DNA from: an uncultured Bacteroidia bacterium
Lineage (GTDB): Bacteria; Bacteroidota; Bacteroidia; Bacteroidales; F082
DNA: 64,000 bases
Direction of reading: 5' to 3'
Assembly (NCBI GenBank): GCA_902791165.1
Contig: CADAVB010000008.1
Coordinates: 12,512-76,511, forward strand
The notes below the pieces were generated by a model. That model did not search any database. It was given only the letters and a program-made list of their open reading frames with translations, and had not been told where the DNA came from. This document shows positions 41,608 through 51,435 of the stretch, piece after piece (positions within the stretch are counted from its first letter, which is position 1; the number at the start of each line of letters is the position of its first letter). Both the position numbers and the translations under genes were made by a program.

Positions 41608-43281
41608 ATGCCTACACTAAATTGGATAGGAAAAGACAAGGTCGTCACCCATCATAACGATGTGCCGTTTCGGGTGCTCGACCGCAAATATACCTTCGGC
41701 GACACGCCCGACAGCGGCAATATGATTATCCATGGCGACAACCTTGAAGCCCTGAAAGCCCTGCTCCCTGAATACGAGAATAGAATCAAGTGCATTTACA
41801 TTGACCCGCCTTACAACACGGGCAATGAAAATTGGGTGTATAACGACAATGTGAACGACCCGCATATCCGCCGTTGGCTTGGCAAGGTGGTAGGTTCGGA
41901 AATAGATGACCTTACGCGACACGACAAGTGGCTTTGTATGATGTATCCGCGACTTGTTCTTCTACAAAAGTTATTGTCAAGAGATGGACTTATTTTCATT
42001 GCAATTGATGATAATGAACAACCATATTTGCGATTAATTTTGGATGAGATTTTTGGTAAAACTAATTTCATTGCACAGTTTATTTGGAGGGGAGGTAAGA
42101 GAAATCTAGCAAAATATGTTTCTGTTTCACATGAATACATGCTTATGTACGCAAAAGACCTGAGCTTTTGTAATGCTATGGGTGTTTCATGGAAAGAACA
42201 GAAACAGGGAATTACAGATATTTATAAATCGGTTAATGATTGTATTAAGTTGGCTAAAGGTGATTTCAAACAGGCTACTTCATTATTAAAAGAATGGTAC
42301 AGAAAATTACCAGATGGTCATCCAAGCAGAGACCATGAACACTATTGCAATATTGATTCTGTAGGGGTGTATTGTATGGATAATGTTTCGAGGGTCGGGG
42401 GCGGAAAATATAGTGTGGTTAGCCCGTTAACAGGTAACAAAATTAATCCACCGTCAAGAGGATGGGCTTTTGGCAAAATGGAAGATTTTTGGCAAGCTTA
42501 TGAAGATGGGATAATTGAATTTACGCCAAATGATACTTTGCCTATTTTTAAGAGGTATTTAAAAGACAATGAGACTCAAATTGTTGAAACAGTGTTTTAT
42601 AAAGATAGAAGAGGAAGCAGCCGTAGATTAAAGGAATTGATGGGCAATGATGTATTCCCTTTTCCTAAAGATGAAGAAGTATTATTCCGGTTCTTTCAAA
42701 TCTTTGCCCCAAAAGATTCAATTGTTTTAGATAGTTTCGCCGGCAGCGGCACCACAGCCCATGCTGTCCTCAACCTCAACAAACAAGACGGCGGCAACCG
42801 CAAAATCATTCTCTGTGAGATGTGCGATTATGCTGAAACCATCACGGCGGAACGAGTGCGCCGTGTGATGAAAGGCTACGGAGAAGGCAAAAACGCTGTT
42901 GCAGGCACAGGCGGCAGTTTCGATTTCTACGAATTGGGCGAAACCATTTTTGACCCCGTCACTGGCAACCTCAACGACAATGCCGACACAGAGGCAATCC
43001 GCCGCTACGTGTGGTTCAGCGAAACGAATTCGGCCTACATCCAGCCAGCAAAAGACGCACATTCATACCTGCTCGGCACATTCCAGCACAACAACTACTA
43101 TTTCTACTACAAGAAAGGTGAGGAAACCTGCCTTGATTGGGATTTCCTCAACACCTTCACACAGAAGGACAAAGCCGAAATGTATATCATTTATGCCGAC
43201 CGTTGCGTACTGACAGAGGAGGAGATGATGCGGCTCAACATAAGATTCAAGAAAATTCCCAGAGATATAAAGCGCGTGTAA
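41608..43281 (+). CDS. mod: Type III restriction-modification system methyltransferase (Mod; beta-class N6A/N4C MTase)
   Basis: IYIDPPYNTG (motif IV) is N-terminal and DSFAGSGTTAHA (motif I) is C-terminal, with a variable middle. It is followed 2 nt later by res. Confidence 0.85.
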   Translation: MPTLNWIGKDKVVTHHNDVPFRVLDRKYTFGDTPDSGNMIIHGDNLEALKALLPEYENRIKCIYIDPPYNTGNENWVYNDNVNDPHIRRWLGKVVGSEIDDLTRHDKWLCMMYPRLVLLQKLLSRDGLIFIAIDDNEQPYLRLILDEIFGKTNFIAQFIWRGGKRNLAKYVSVSHEYMLMYAKDLSFCNAMGVSWKEQKQGITDIYKSVNDCIKLAKGDFKQATSLLKEWYRKLPDGHPSRDHEHYCNIDSVGVYCMDNVSRVGGGKYSVVSPLTGNKINPPSRGWAFGKMEDFWQAYEDGIIEFTPNDTLPIFKRYLKDNETQIVETVFYKDRRGSSRRLKELMGNDVFPFPKDEEVLFRFFQIFAPKDSIVLDSFAGSGTTAHAVLNLNKQDGGNRKIILCEMCDYAETITAERVRRVMKGYGEGKNAVAGTGGSFDFYELGETIFDPVTGNLNDNADTEAIRRYVWFSETNSAYIQPAKDAHSYLLGTFQHNNYYFYYKKGEETCLDWDFLNTFTQKDKAEMYIIYADRCVLTEEEMMRLNIRFKKIPRDIKRV

Positions 43282-43282
43282 T

Positions 43283-45928
43283 ATGGAACTCAAAGGCTAT
43301 CAACAAACCAATCTCGATGCATTGGACCGTTTTCTGTCATGCGTTGATAAGAACAAAGATACGGCAAGAGGTTTCTATGAGTTTTGGCAGACCAACAATC
43401 CGCCACTCACACCTTTCCCAGGCACCATCATCGAACCCTACAAAGACAATGTGAAAGGCGCGCCTCATGTCTGTCACAAGGTGCCTACTGGAGGCGGAAA
43501 GACCTTTATCGCCTCTGCCGCGCTGAAGGTGGCCATGGCGCATATCAACCCGCTTTATAAAGTGGTGGTGTGGCTGGTGCCTTCCAATGCCATCTTGGAT
43601 CAAACGCTGCGCAACTTGCGCAACAAGCAGCATCCTTATCGTCAGCGCATCGACACTGACTTCCAAAACCGTGTAGAGGTATTCGACAAGCAGCAGGCAC
43701 TGACGGGCCACGGATTCACGCTGACGACGGTGCGTGAAAACCTCTGTATTTTGGTCATGTCGTTCGATTCATTTAGAACCAACAATAAAGAAGGCCGTAA
43801 GGTGTACCAAGAAAACGGCTATTTACAGTCGTTTGCCCCGCTGGTGGCGACCCAACTTGACGACGACGATGAGGTGCAGCTGATGAAAGTGTTGCAAGCC
43901 GTTCATCCGCTTGTAGTGGTCGATGAGAGCCACAATGCCACATCGAAACTATCCGAGCAAATGCTCAACGATTTGCAGCCCTCTTTGGTTATCGACCTGA
44001 CGGCCACACCGCGCGAAAACAGCAATATCATCTGTTTCACAGATGCATTGGAATTGAAACGCAACAACATGGTAAAACTGCCTGTGATTGTGTATAATCA
44101 CACCTCAAAAAGCCAGGTCATCGACTCAGCACTGCACTTGCAGCGCAGGCTCGAACTGATGGCCATGCAAGAAACCAACGGCAATTATATCAGGCCCATA
44201 GTTCTGTTTCAGGCCGAGTCGAAACAACAAGGCGCAGAAGACAGGGAAACCTTTGAAAAAGTGAAACAAACGCTGCTTGATTTAAAGATTCCCGAGGAAC
44301 AAATCAAAATCAAGACTGCCGAAATCGATGAGTTGAAAGGTGTTGATTTGATGTCGCCTGGTTGTCCGGTTCGCTATATCATCACCATCAATGCCCTCAA
44401 AGAAGGCTGGGACTGCCCGTTTGCTTACATTTTGGCTTCGCTTGCCGACAAATCTTCTGCCGTTGACGTGGAGCAGATTGTGGGTCGTGTGCTTCGTTTG
44501 CCCAATGCAAGACGCAACAAAAACGACATCCTCAATTTGAGTTATGTGCTTACAGCCTCGGCCAAGTTTCAGGAAACATTGGACAATGTGGTGAAGGGTT
44601 TGAATCATGCTGGTTTTTCCGATAGGGATTACCGCTCCATCGATGCGGCTGAACCTGTTGAGAAACCAGAGAAACCCGTTTTCAATCCAACAATAATATT
44701 CCCAGAAGAGCCAAAAGCGGAGAAAGAAGAAGATGTCGATTTGGAAGAGATTACTTTCAAGCCAGTTCCCTACGATCAAGCAGAGAATTTAACCGGGTCG
44801 GTGGCTAAGGAAGAATCGACCTATACATCTGCCGAACCTGCCACAGTGACTGACATTTTGGAAAACGCCCAAAGGCAAGCCGAAGAAATGAACAAACAAA
44901 TTAACGAACAAGATGATTTAATGATTACACCCGATATTGCCCCGCAGGTAAAGACGGCAACCATTCAATCCGTTTTTTCCGATTCAGCCAAACAGGTGAT
45001 GCTGCCGATGTTCTTTGTGGCCAACGATTCGCCGCAGAACAGTTTGTTTGGTCGGCCTGATGAAATAAAACTCGAAGGTCAGCATTTGTTGAAGACCTTC
45101 AAACTTTCGGCGCAACCCGCCGACATCACTTTTGCCGCTGCCGAAACGTCGATGTACAAAGTGGACATCGACGAAAAGACCGACGAACACGCGCCTCGAT
45201 ATGAGAAAGTGAAAGGAGCGGCTTACAACTACATCCTCGATTATATCCGCCAAGCCGAGAATTTTGAAACGAAATTGCGCCGTTGTTCAAATGTTGTCGC
45301 AGAAACAATGGGCAAGATGATACCGCTCACACAGAAGGACATTCAAGGCTATGTTGCCCGAATATTCGAGAACTTCACGGAAGAACAGTTAGAGGATTTC
45401 ATGCGCCATTTAAAAGAATATACGGATACAATTAAGAAGAGAATTTTGGCATTGGAAGACGAACATAAGGAGAAAGAGTTTCGCCGTTTGCTCGACACGG
45501 ATCAAATCATCACCAAGCAAACCTATTCCATCCCGAACAAAATCACCTTGAAATTGCCTTCGCAGGGCATAACCAAGATGCTGCACACGAAGGAGGAATC
45601 TGTCAACGGTTTCGAAGCAGAAGTAATCAATGATGTTGCCAATCTTGAGAGTGTGGAATGGTGGACGCGCAATGTCGAGATGCGAGGTTTCTACATCAAC
45701 GGCTTCATCAACCATTATCCTGACTTCATCATCAAGACAAAGAAAGGAAAAATCATCTTGCTTGAAACCAAAGGCGACCACCTCGAAGCCGAAAAGAAGA
45801 TTCGGCTTGGAAACTTGTGGGCCAACAAAGCAGGGAATGACTATCGATATTGCTTGGTGTACAAAGACCGCAAAGTGGATGGAGCCTATACCAAGTCTGA
45901 GTTTATTGATATGATGAAGAGTCTGTAA
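43283..45928 (+). CDS. res: Type III restriction enzyme Res subunit (SF2 helicase plus C-terminal PD-(D/E)xK nuclease)
   Basis: KVPTGGGKT (motif I), VVVDESHN (motif II), TATP, QIVGRVLR (motif VI), and C-terminal YPDFII...ILLETKG. Confidence 0.85.
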   Translation: MELKGYQQTNLDALDRFLSCVDKNKDTARGFYEFWQTNNPPLTPFPGTIIEPYKDNVKGAPHVCHKVPTGGGKTFIASAALKVAMAHINPLYKVVVWLVPSNAILDQTLRNLRNKQHPYRQRIDTDFQNRVEVFDKQQALTGHGFTLTTVRENLCILVMSFDSFRTNNKEGRKVYQENGYLQSFAPLVATQLDDDDEVQLMKVLQAVHPLVVVDESHNATSKLSEQMLNDLQPSLVIDLTATPRENSNIICFTDALELKRNNMVKLPVIVYNHTSKSQVIDSALHLQRRLELMAMQETNGNYIRPIVLFQAESKQQGAEDRETFEKVKQTLLDLKIPEEQIKIKTAEIDELKGVDLMSPGCPVRYIITINALKEGWDCPFAYILASLADKSSAVDVEQIVGRVLRLPNARRNKNDILNLSYVLTASAKFQETLDNVVKGLNHAGFSDRDYRSIDAAEPVEKPEKPVFNPTIIFPEEPKAEKEEDVDLEEITFKPVPYDQAENLTGSVAKEESTYTSAEPATVTDILENAQRQAEEMNKQINEQDDLMITPDIAPQVKTATIQSVFSDSAKQVMLPMFFVANDSPQNSLFGRPDEIKLEGQHLLKTFKLSAQPADITFAAAETSMYKVDIDEKTDEHAPRYEKVKGAAYNYILDYIRQAENFETKLRRCSNVVAETMGKMIPLTQKDIQGYVARIFENFTEEQLEDFMRHLKEYTDTIKKRILALEDEHKEKEFRRLLDTDQIITKQTYSIPNKITLKLPSQGITKMLHTKEESVNGFEAEVINDVANLESVEWWTRNVEMRGFYINGFINHYPDFIIKTKKGKIILLETKGDHLEAEKKIRLGNLWANKAGNDYRYCLVYKDRKVDGAYTKSEFIDMMKSL

Positions 45929-45933
45929 AATGA

Positions 45934-45968
45934 AAAAAGCCTCTGCTGAAAAGTGGAGGCTTTATTTT
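45934..45968 (+). terminator. Rho-independent terminator after res
   Basis: AAAAAAGCCTC tgctgaaaagtg GAGGCTTTATTTT. Confidence 0.7.
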
Positions 45969-45990
45969 AATCAGCTCAAAAAATGTCAAG

Positions 45991-46046
45991 AATCGGCTCA
46001 AATCTGCGCTGATTTGAAGGGTTTTTCTTATTTTTGTGAGCCGATT
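45991..46046. promoter_or_regulatory. Perfect 10-bp inverted repeat bracketing the fic promoter (candidate operator)
   Basis: AATCGGCTCA (45991-46000) and TGAGCCGATT (46037-46046). A TATTTTTG -7 box at 46029-46036 abuts the right arm. Confidence 0.5.
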
Positions 46047-46051
46047 TGGAA

Positions 46052-47080
46052 ATGACTATGGACAACCACGACCTCTTAACCTATATTCAAGCACATCCCG
46101 GACAATCGTCAGGCCAGATTGCCGAAGCTTTGACCGACAAAGCCAGCCTCGCCACGGTGAAACGTGGCATCAATGAGTTGATGGCGCAGTATTATGTTTA
46201 TTCGGAAGGCAAGGCACGGGCGACCAAATATTACGCCTCATCATTATTTGCTCCAGTGGATGTGGACGATTATTTCAGCAAGGAAGTGGATGAGCGGCAA
46301 ATTCAAACGGGTTACAATTTCGACCTGATTCCCAAGGTGTTGAGGAAAGTGAGCCTTTTCACGGAAGCCGAAATGTTGGAACTGGATGCCTTGCAACACC
46401 AGTTTTCAGAAAATTTCGCCGTACTCACCGATGAGGAAAAGCGGAAGGAGATGGAACGTTTGGGCATTGATCTCAGTTGGAAGTCGTCGCAAATTGAAGG
46501 CAACACCTATTCGCTGTTAGAGACTGAACGCTTGCTGAAGGAGAAAAAGACAGCCTCGGGGAAGACCAAGGAAGAGGCCATCATGCTACTCAACCACAAG
46601 GACGCGCTTGATTTCATCGTGGCTCATCCCGATTATTTAGAGCAACTTACCATTGCCCATATCGAGGACATCCATAGCCTGCTTGTCAAAGAATTGGGCG
46701 TTGACCGAAACATCAGGTCGCGGCGTGTAGGCATCACGGGAACAAATTACAGACCTATCGATAACGAATTCCAAATTCGCGAGGCCCTTCAGCAGACCTG
46801 TGACTTGGTGAACAGTCGCGACAACGTGTTTGAAAAGGCGCTCTTTGTGTTGGTTCTGCTTTCGTATATCCAAGCGTTCAACGATGGCAACAAACGGGTG
46901 GCTCGCATCACAAGCAATGCCTTGCTCATCGCCAATGGCTACTGCCCCATCTCGTTCCGGACAGTCGACAGCATCGACTACAAAAAAGCCATGTTGCTTT
47001 TCTACGAGCAAAACAACATTTCGGCGTTCAAGAAGATTTTTATCGAGCAATTCCGGTTTGCAGTAGAGACGTATTTCTGA
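46052..47080 (+). CDS. Fic/Doc-family protein with N-terminal winged-HTH; degenerate active-site motif
   Basis: The core motif reads QAFNDGNKRVAR, versus the Fic consensus HxFx(D/E)GNGRxxR. N-terminal IQAHPGQSSGQIAEAL...TVKRGINELM is wHTH-like. Confidence 0.75.
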   Translation: MTMDNHDLLTYIQAHPGQSSGQIAEALTDKASLATVKRGINELMAQYYVYSEGKARATKYYASSLFAPVDVDDYFSKEVDERQIQTGYNFDLIPKVLRKVSLFTEAEMLELDALQHQFSENFAVLTDEEKRKEMERLGIDLSWKSSQIEGNTYSLLETERLLKEKKTASGKTKEEAIMLLNHKDALDFIVAHPDYLEQLTIAHIEDIHSLLVKELGVDRNIRSRRVGITGTNYRPIDNEFQIREALQQTCDLVNSRDNVFEKALFVLVLLSYIQAFNDGNKRVARITSNALLIANGYCPISFRTVDSIDYKKAMLLFYEQNNISAFKKIFIEQFRFAVETYF

Positions 47081-47257
47081 TGAGGTCGTTAAAAAAGTAA
47101 GGACATGCCTCTTCCTTATTTTTTGCTACATAATTGATTTTCAATAAAAACCAATAGGGACATCCAAAAAAAGTAGGGACATCGCCTTCTTGTGAGCCTC
47201 ACACCTTTTGACAAATGTTTTTTCTGGTTAATTTTGCGATGACAAAACGAAAAAGTC

Positions 47258-48728
47258 ATGAAGACGTTTTTACAATCTATAATCTTAACAGCCATCGCTT
47301 TCCTCGCGCTGACATCCTGCGACAGCGTAACGAAGCGTATGGAACAGGCCCAAGCCTTATATGAAGAAGGCATGCAACTGCGAACGTCGCTCCGAAGAGG
47401 CCGCCGAGAAGTTCCTGCAAGGACTGGCACTCGTGCAGCGTTCCGACAAGACTGCGGAAACAGTCCAATTGGAAGGCCAACTCTGCGACAACCTCGGCGC
47501 GATGTACCTCAAACACGGCCTTTTCGAGGATGCCTTCAAGCAACACCAGCGGGCACTGACTTGTTTCAAGCAGACCGCCGACTCCACGGGTATGATGAAC
47601 GCCTACCGCAACAGCGGTCGGGCGGTGCGGGCGCAAGAGCAATACACCCAAGCCAAGCAATACTACGACTCAGCTTTTCGTGTTGCCACCTTCATCAACG
47701 ACCAAGCCATGCTCGCTGACCTCTATCTCGAGATGGGCCGCGATTACTACATGGAAACGGGCAACTTCGCCAAAGGCATCGAGAGCGTCAACCAAGCCTT
47801 GGAAATCGGCCTCGGCGACAACGACACCGACATCGCCAACATGACCTTGGGCATCCTCTATTATTACACACGCGAAAACGAAAAGGCGAAGTCGTTTCTT
47901 GACAAGGCGCTACGCAGCGAGCGTGCCGGACTGAAAATGTCTGTCTATCAAACGCTTTACGCCATCGCCTACAGTGAAGGCAACTACCAACAGGCGGTGA
48001 AATACCACGAGCAGTTTGCCGCGAGCATGATGCAAGCCGACGCTGAACACTCCAACGAGAACATCCAAAGAATCAAGGCGGAATACGAGTTGAAGGAGCA
48101 GCAGAGCGAGTTGGAAAGCCTGCACCGCAATCGCGACCTGAAACTCTATCTGATTATCGCTTTGGCGGTGATTGCCTTGCTTGTCATCCTCCTGATTGTG
48201 AGGAAGAAAATCAGCGACCACAAGCTGGAGATGGAGCACTTCGGGCGGCAGGTGGAGCGCGACCAGAACCGCATCCACGAGTTGGTGAGCGACATGGAGA
48301 ACCTGATTCGCACCAACGACGAGCTGCGCCGCCAGCAGCAGACCCTTCCACCGAAGGATTTGATGTCGATCCAGAAAATCTTGACGCGAAACAAGATCAT
48401 GGTCACCGCGCAAGCCCTCACGGAAGAAGTGAACAACGACTCGCTCAACTTCGAGCTGACCGACAACGACTGGAACGACTTCATCAGCCTCACCGACTTG
48501 GTCTTCGACGGCTTCTCGCAGCGGCTGTTGCAACTCTACCCCAAACTAAGCAAGTGGGATGTGCGCATCTGCTGCCTCTCGAAAAACGGCTTCTCCAACC
48601 AGGTGATTTCCATCCTGTTGGACACGCAGACCGACTCTTACTACAAACGCAAAACCCGCATAAAACAGATGAAGATGGACCTCGGGGATGATAACCGCAC
48701 CTTTGAGGAAATAGTGAATGCTGTATGA
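47258..48728 (+). pseudogene. TPR-repeat, single-pass membrane regulator with C-terminal LuxR-like HTH; apparent +1 frameshift near 47361-47385
   Basis: The lipoprotein-type signal MKTFLQSIILTAIAFLALTSC...ALYEEGMQL is in one frame. The TPR body (ERRSEEAAEKFLQG...), a TM segment (LYLIIALAVIALLVILLIV) and the tail WDVRICCLSKNGFSNQVISILL...YYKRKTRIK are in the +1 frame. Confidence 0.55.
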
Positions 48729-48730
48729 GA

Positions 48731-48803
48731 AACTACGGATTACACGGATTTGACGGAAATATTCATCAAAATGGAATTTGTATAATCCGTAAAATCCGTA
48801 GTT
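48731..48803. repeat. Long imperfect palindrome after the regulator gene
   Basis: AACTACGGATTACACGGATT ... AATCCGTAAAATCCGTAGTT, with arms separated by about 33 nt. Confidence 0.6.
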
Positions 48804-48845
48804 AAAAAACGAAATCAAATAATTAACAATCAAATACTTACAACT

Positions 48846-51394
48846 ATGAAAAAATTAGCATTAACTTTAGCGATTTGCCTCGGTTGCCTCGGCATCCTTA
48901 AGGCACAGAACAGCTTCCCCCTGGAAAACACGGCATGGGTGCAGTTCTACCGTTCCATGTACGAGGACTCCACCTATTACCAGTTGGGCATCAAGGGCGA
49001 TACGGTGGTGAACGAGATGGCTTACAAGAAAGTCATCAATTGCACTCATCTGGGTTATCCCATAGAAGGCGAGTGCTTCGGCGGCATCCGTGAGGACGAG
49101 GATGGCAAATGCTATTTCATGTCGTTCGTGCCAGGAATATATGCGCCTTGGCCTTTGCATTACTACTGTGAGGTGAATACCGAATATCCCTTGTACGATT
49201 TCTCGCTTTCGGTGTGCGATGTCTTCCAGACGGATGGCGGCACGCCCAATGTCGTTTTCGATACCGCCGAAATGCAACTCAACGGCAGCACAAGGAAAGT
49301 GTTTTGGTTTAGCAACAACTGCGACAATGGGAATTATTATGATTACCAATGGATTGAAGGCATTGGAAGCACGCATAGCCTGTTATTCCCCATCCAATGG
49401 GAGCCTGACAACGGGCCGGAATACCGTTTGGCGGAGGTTTGGCAGGACGAGGAACTGCTTTACAAGAACCCACATTTTGAAGAAGATTTTCCGTATGACA
49501 ACACGCGTTGGGCCATCTATTACCAAAACCTATATTTGGATTGGGCTCCATATATCCAGATTGGAATAAAGGGTGATACGGTTGTGGAAGGCACAACTTA
49601 TCATAAAGTGATTAAATGCACGTCTTATGGAGACGTCATTGATGGAGATTGCTTTGGCGGCAGAATGTGCCGCAGTATTTGTATTTGGATATGGAACCGA
49701 ATACTGAACGGCTCATTTATGACTACTCACTTTCCGTGTGTGATGGTTTTGAATATGAAGGACAATATTGGATGTCAGTATTTGAGATTGACGAGATTGA
49801 AATCAATGGAAGCATGAGAAGACGCTTATGGTTTGACGGTAATTGCGAGGAAGGCGACCATACTTATGACTGGAATTGGATTGAAGGTATTGGCTGCAAT
49901 TATGGATTGTTATATTCTATCCAAGCATTCCCTTGGGATGGTTCTGCCTACCATTTGGGTGAGGTTTATCAAGACGGGGAATTAATCTATAGAGATCCGT
50001 ATTTCATCAATGAGCCTTCCTCATTTGCTCCCCAAGGCGCGGAGTGGTATTTCGATGTGTTCAACCCATGGGGCACGCATCCTGAATATCAGAGGTTTTT
50101 CGTGGATGGCGACACGATTATCCAAGGCCATCAGTGCAGCATCATCACGCAGCATTTTGTTGACACTGGGCATGAAGGGGGAGAATTTGTGTACGAGGAA
50201 GACAACAAGGTGTATTGGTTCAACCCGACCACAAACGCCTTCTCGATTTTGTACGACTTTGATGCCGAAGCAGGTGAATCGTGGAATTACGAAGTAGGTG
50301 AATGTTCGCATCAGGTGACTGTCGATAGCGTTGGCAGTGTGACATGGAATGGACACACTTATCGCACGCAGTGGGTTAGGTTTAACGAGGATGTTCAATA
50401 CTATAGTGGGAAAATCATCGAGGGAATCGGTTATGAGAAAGGATTGTTCCCCAGCATTTATGTTTGTGATGGATTGGAAATGTTTGATGCAAGTGAGATA
50501 GAATACCTTCGTTGTTATGTTAAAGATGGCGAGATGCTTTATCACGAAGGGGGATATGATTGCGATGAGACTACTATCACACCGCCGAGCCATCCTGAAT
50601 GGTACTACGAAATCTTGAATGAGAATGGCACCATCACCTACCAATATATGTATCAGGCAGGCGACACCATCATCAACGATGAGCCAACACATATCCTTGT
50701 GAAAATCAACACGCTTTACGACAAAGGATTGCGCGACGAGGTGACGCACGAATATGTTTATGAGCGCGATGGCAAACTATATTGGTGGAACAAGACTTTA
50801 GAAGAGTTTACCGTACTGTATGACTATGAAGCCGAAGTGGGCGACTCGTGGGAAATCAAGGTCGGAACAAGAACTATCGACATGCATGTGGATGCGGTGG
50901 AAGAAATCGAATATGAGGGCAGGGTTTGGCGGATGCTGCGTGTGAGCGACCCCGAAGACCTCTTCAGCGGCAATATCGTATGCGGCATCGGTCACCTCAC
51001 CAGTTTCTTCCCAGAAAGGCTGATGGACAAAGGGGACGGCGTGCGCGTGGAAGGTATGCGTTGCTATTGGAATGAGGGCGAACTGGTGTTCAAATACGGC
51101 GACGAGGACTGCGACGCAGTCATTAGCGAACTGCACGGTGTGGAGGAGGACGGTCCTTCGACAGGCTCAGGGACCTTTACGGTTTATCCTAATCCTACCA
51201 ACGGCGTTCTTACCGTTCATCATTCCGCATTCCGCATTCATCATTCCGAATTCCAAATTGCCAACCTCATGGGGCAAACCGTCCTTGCGGGCAACCTCAC
51301 CACCGAAACGCAGCAGATTGATGTTTCGGGATTGCCGCAGGGGATGTATTTTGTGACCGTTGGCGGCGAAACACGGAAGTTTGTGGTGAAATGA
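48846..51394 (+). pseudogene. Repeat-containing secreted protein with a T9SS C-terminal sorting domain; apparent -1 frameshift near 49655-49665
   Basis: Signal peptide MKKLALTLAICLGCLGILKAQ. Module 1 (GECFGGIREDEDG...YDFSLSVCD...WIEGIGS) is repeated as GDCFGG | RQNVPQYLYLDME...YDYSLSVCD...WIEGIGC across the frame break. C-terminal TVYPNPTNGVL...GMYFVTVGGETRKFVVK is a Por secretion tail. Confidence 0.65.
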
Positions 51395-51401
51395 TGATAT
51401 G

Positions 51402-51435
51402 AATGAGGTCGGCGGTCTGTGTTGCCGACCTCATT
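51402..51435. terminator. Bidirectional hairpin between convergent genes
   Basis: AATGAGGTCGGC ggtctgtgtt GCCGACCTCATT. Confidence 0.65.

Noticed and set aside
47097-47183. Repeated words GTAAGGACATGCC / ATAGGGACATCC / GTAGGGACATCGCC between fic and the TPR regulator
   Set aside because: These are three loose copies with irregular spacing. The first overlaps a probable fic terminator hairpin (TAAGGA...TCCTTA). There is not enough regularity to call a regulatory array.
47258-47719. 153-aa ORF as an independent gene
   Set aside because: Only the first 40 or so residues (signal peptide plus helix) look protein-like and the rest is Arg/Pro-rich out-of-frame read-through of the TPR gene. It is treated as the N-terminus of a frameshifted gene.
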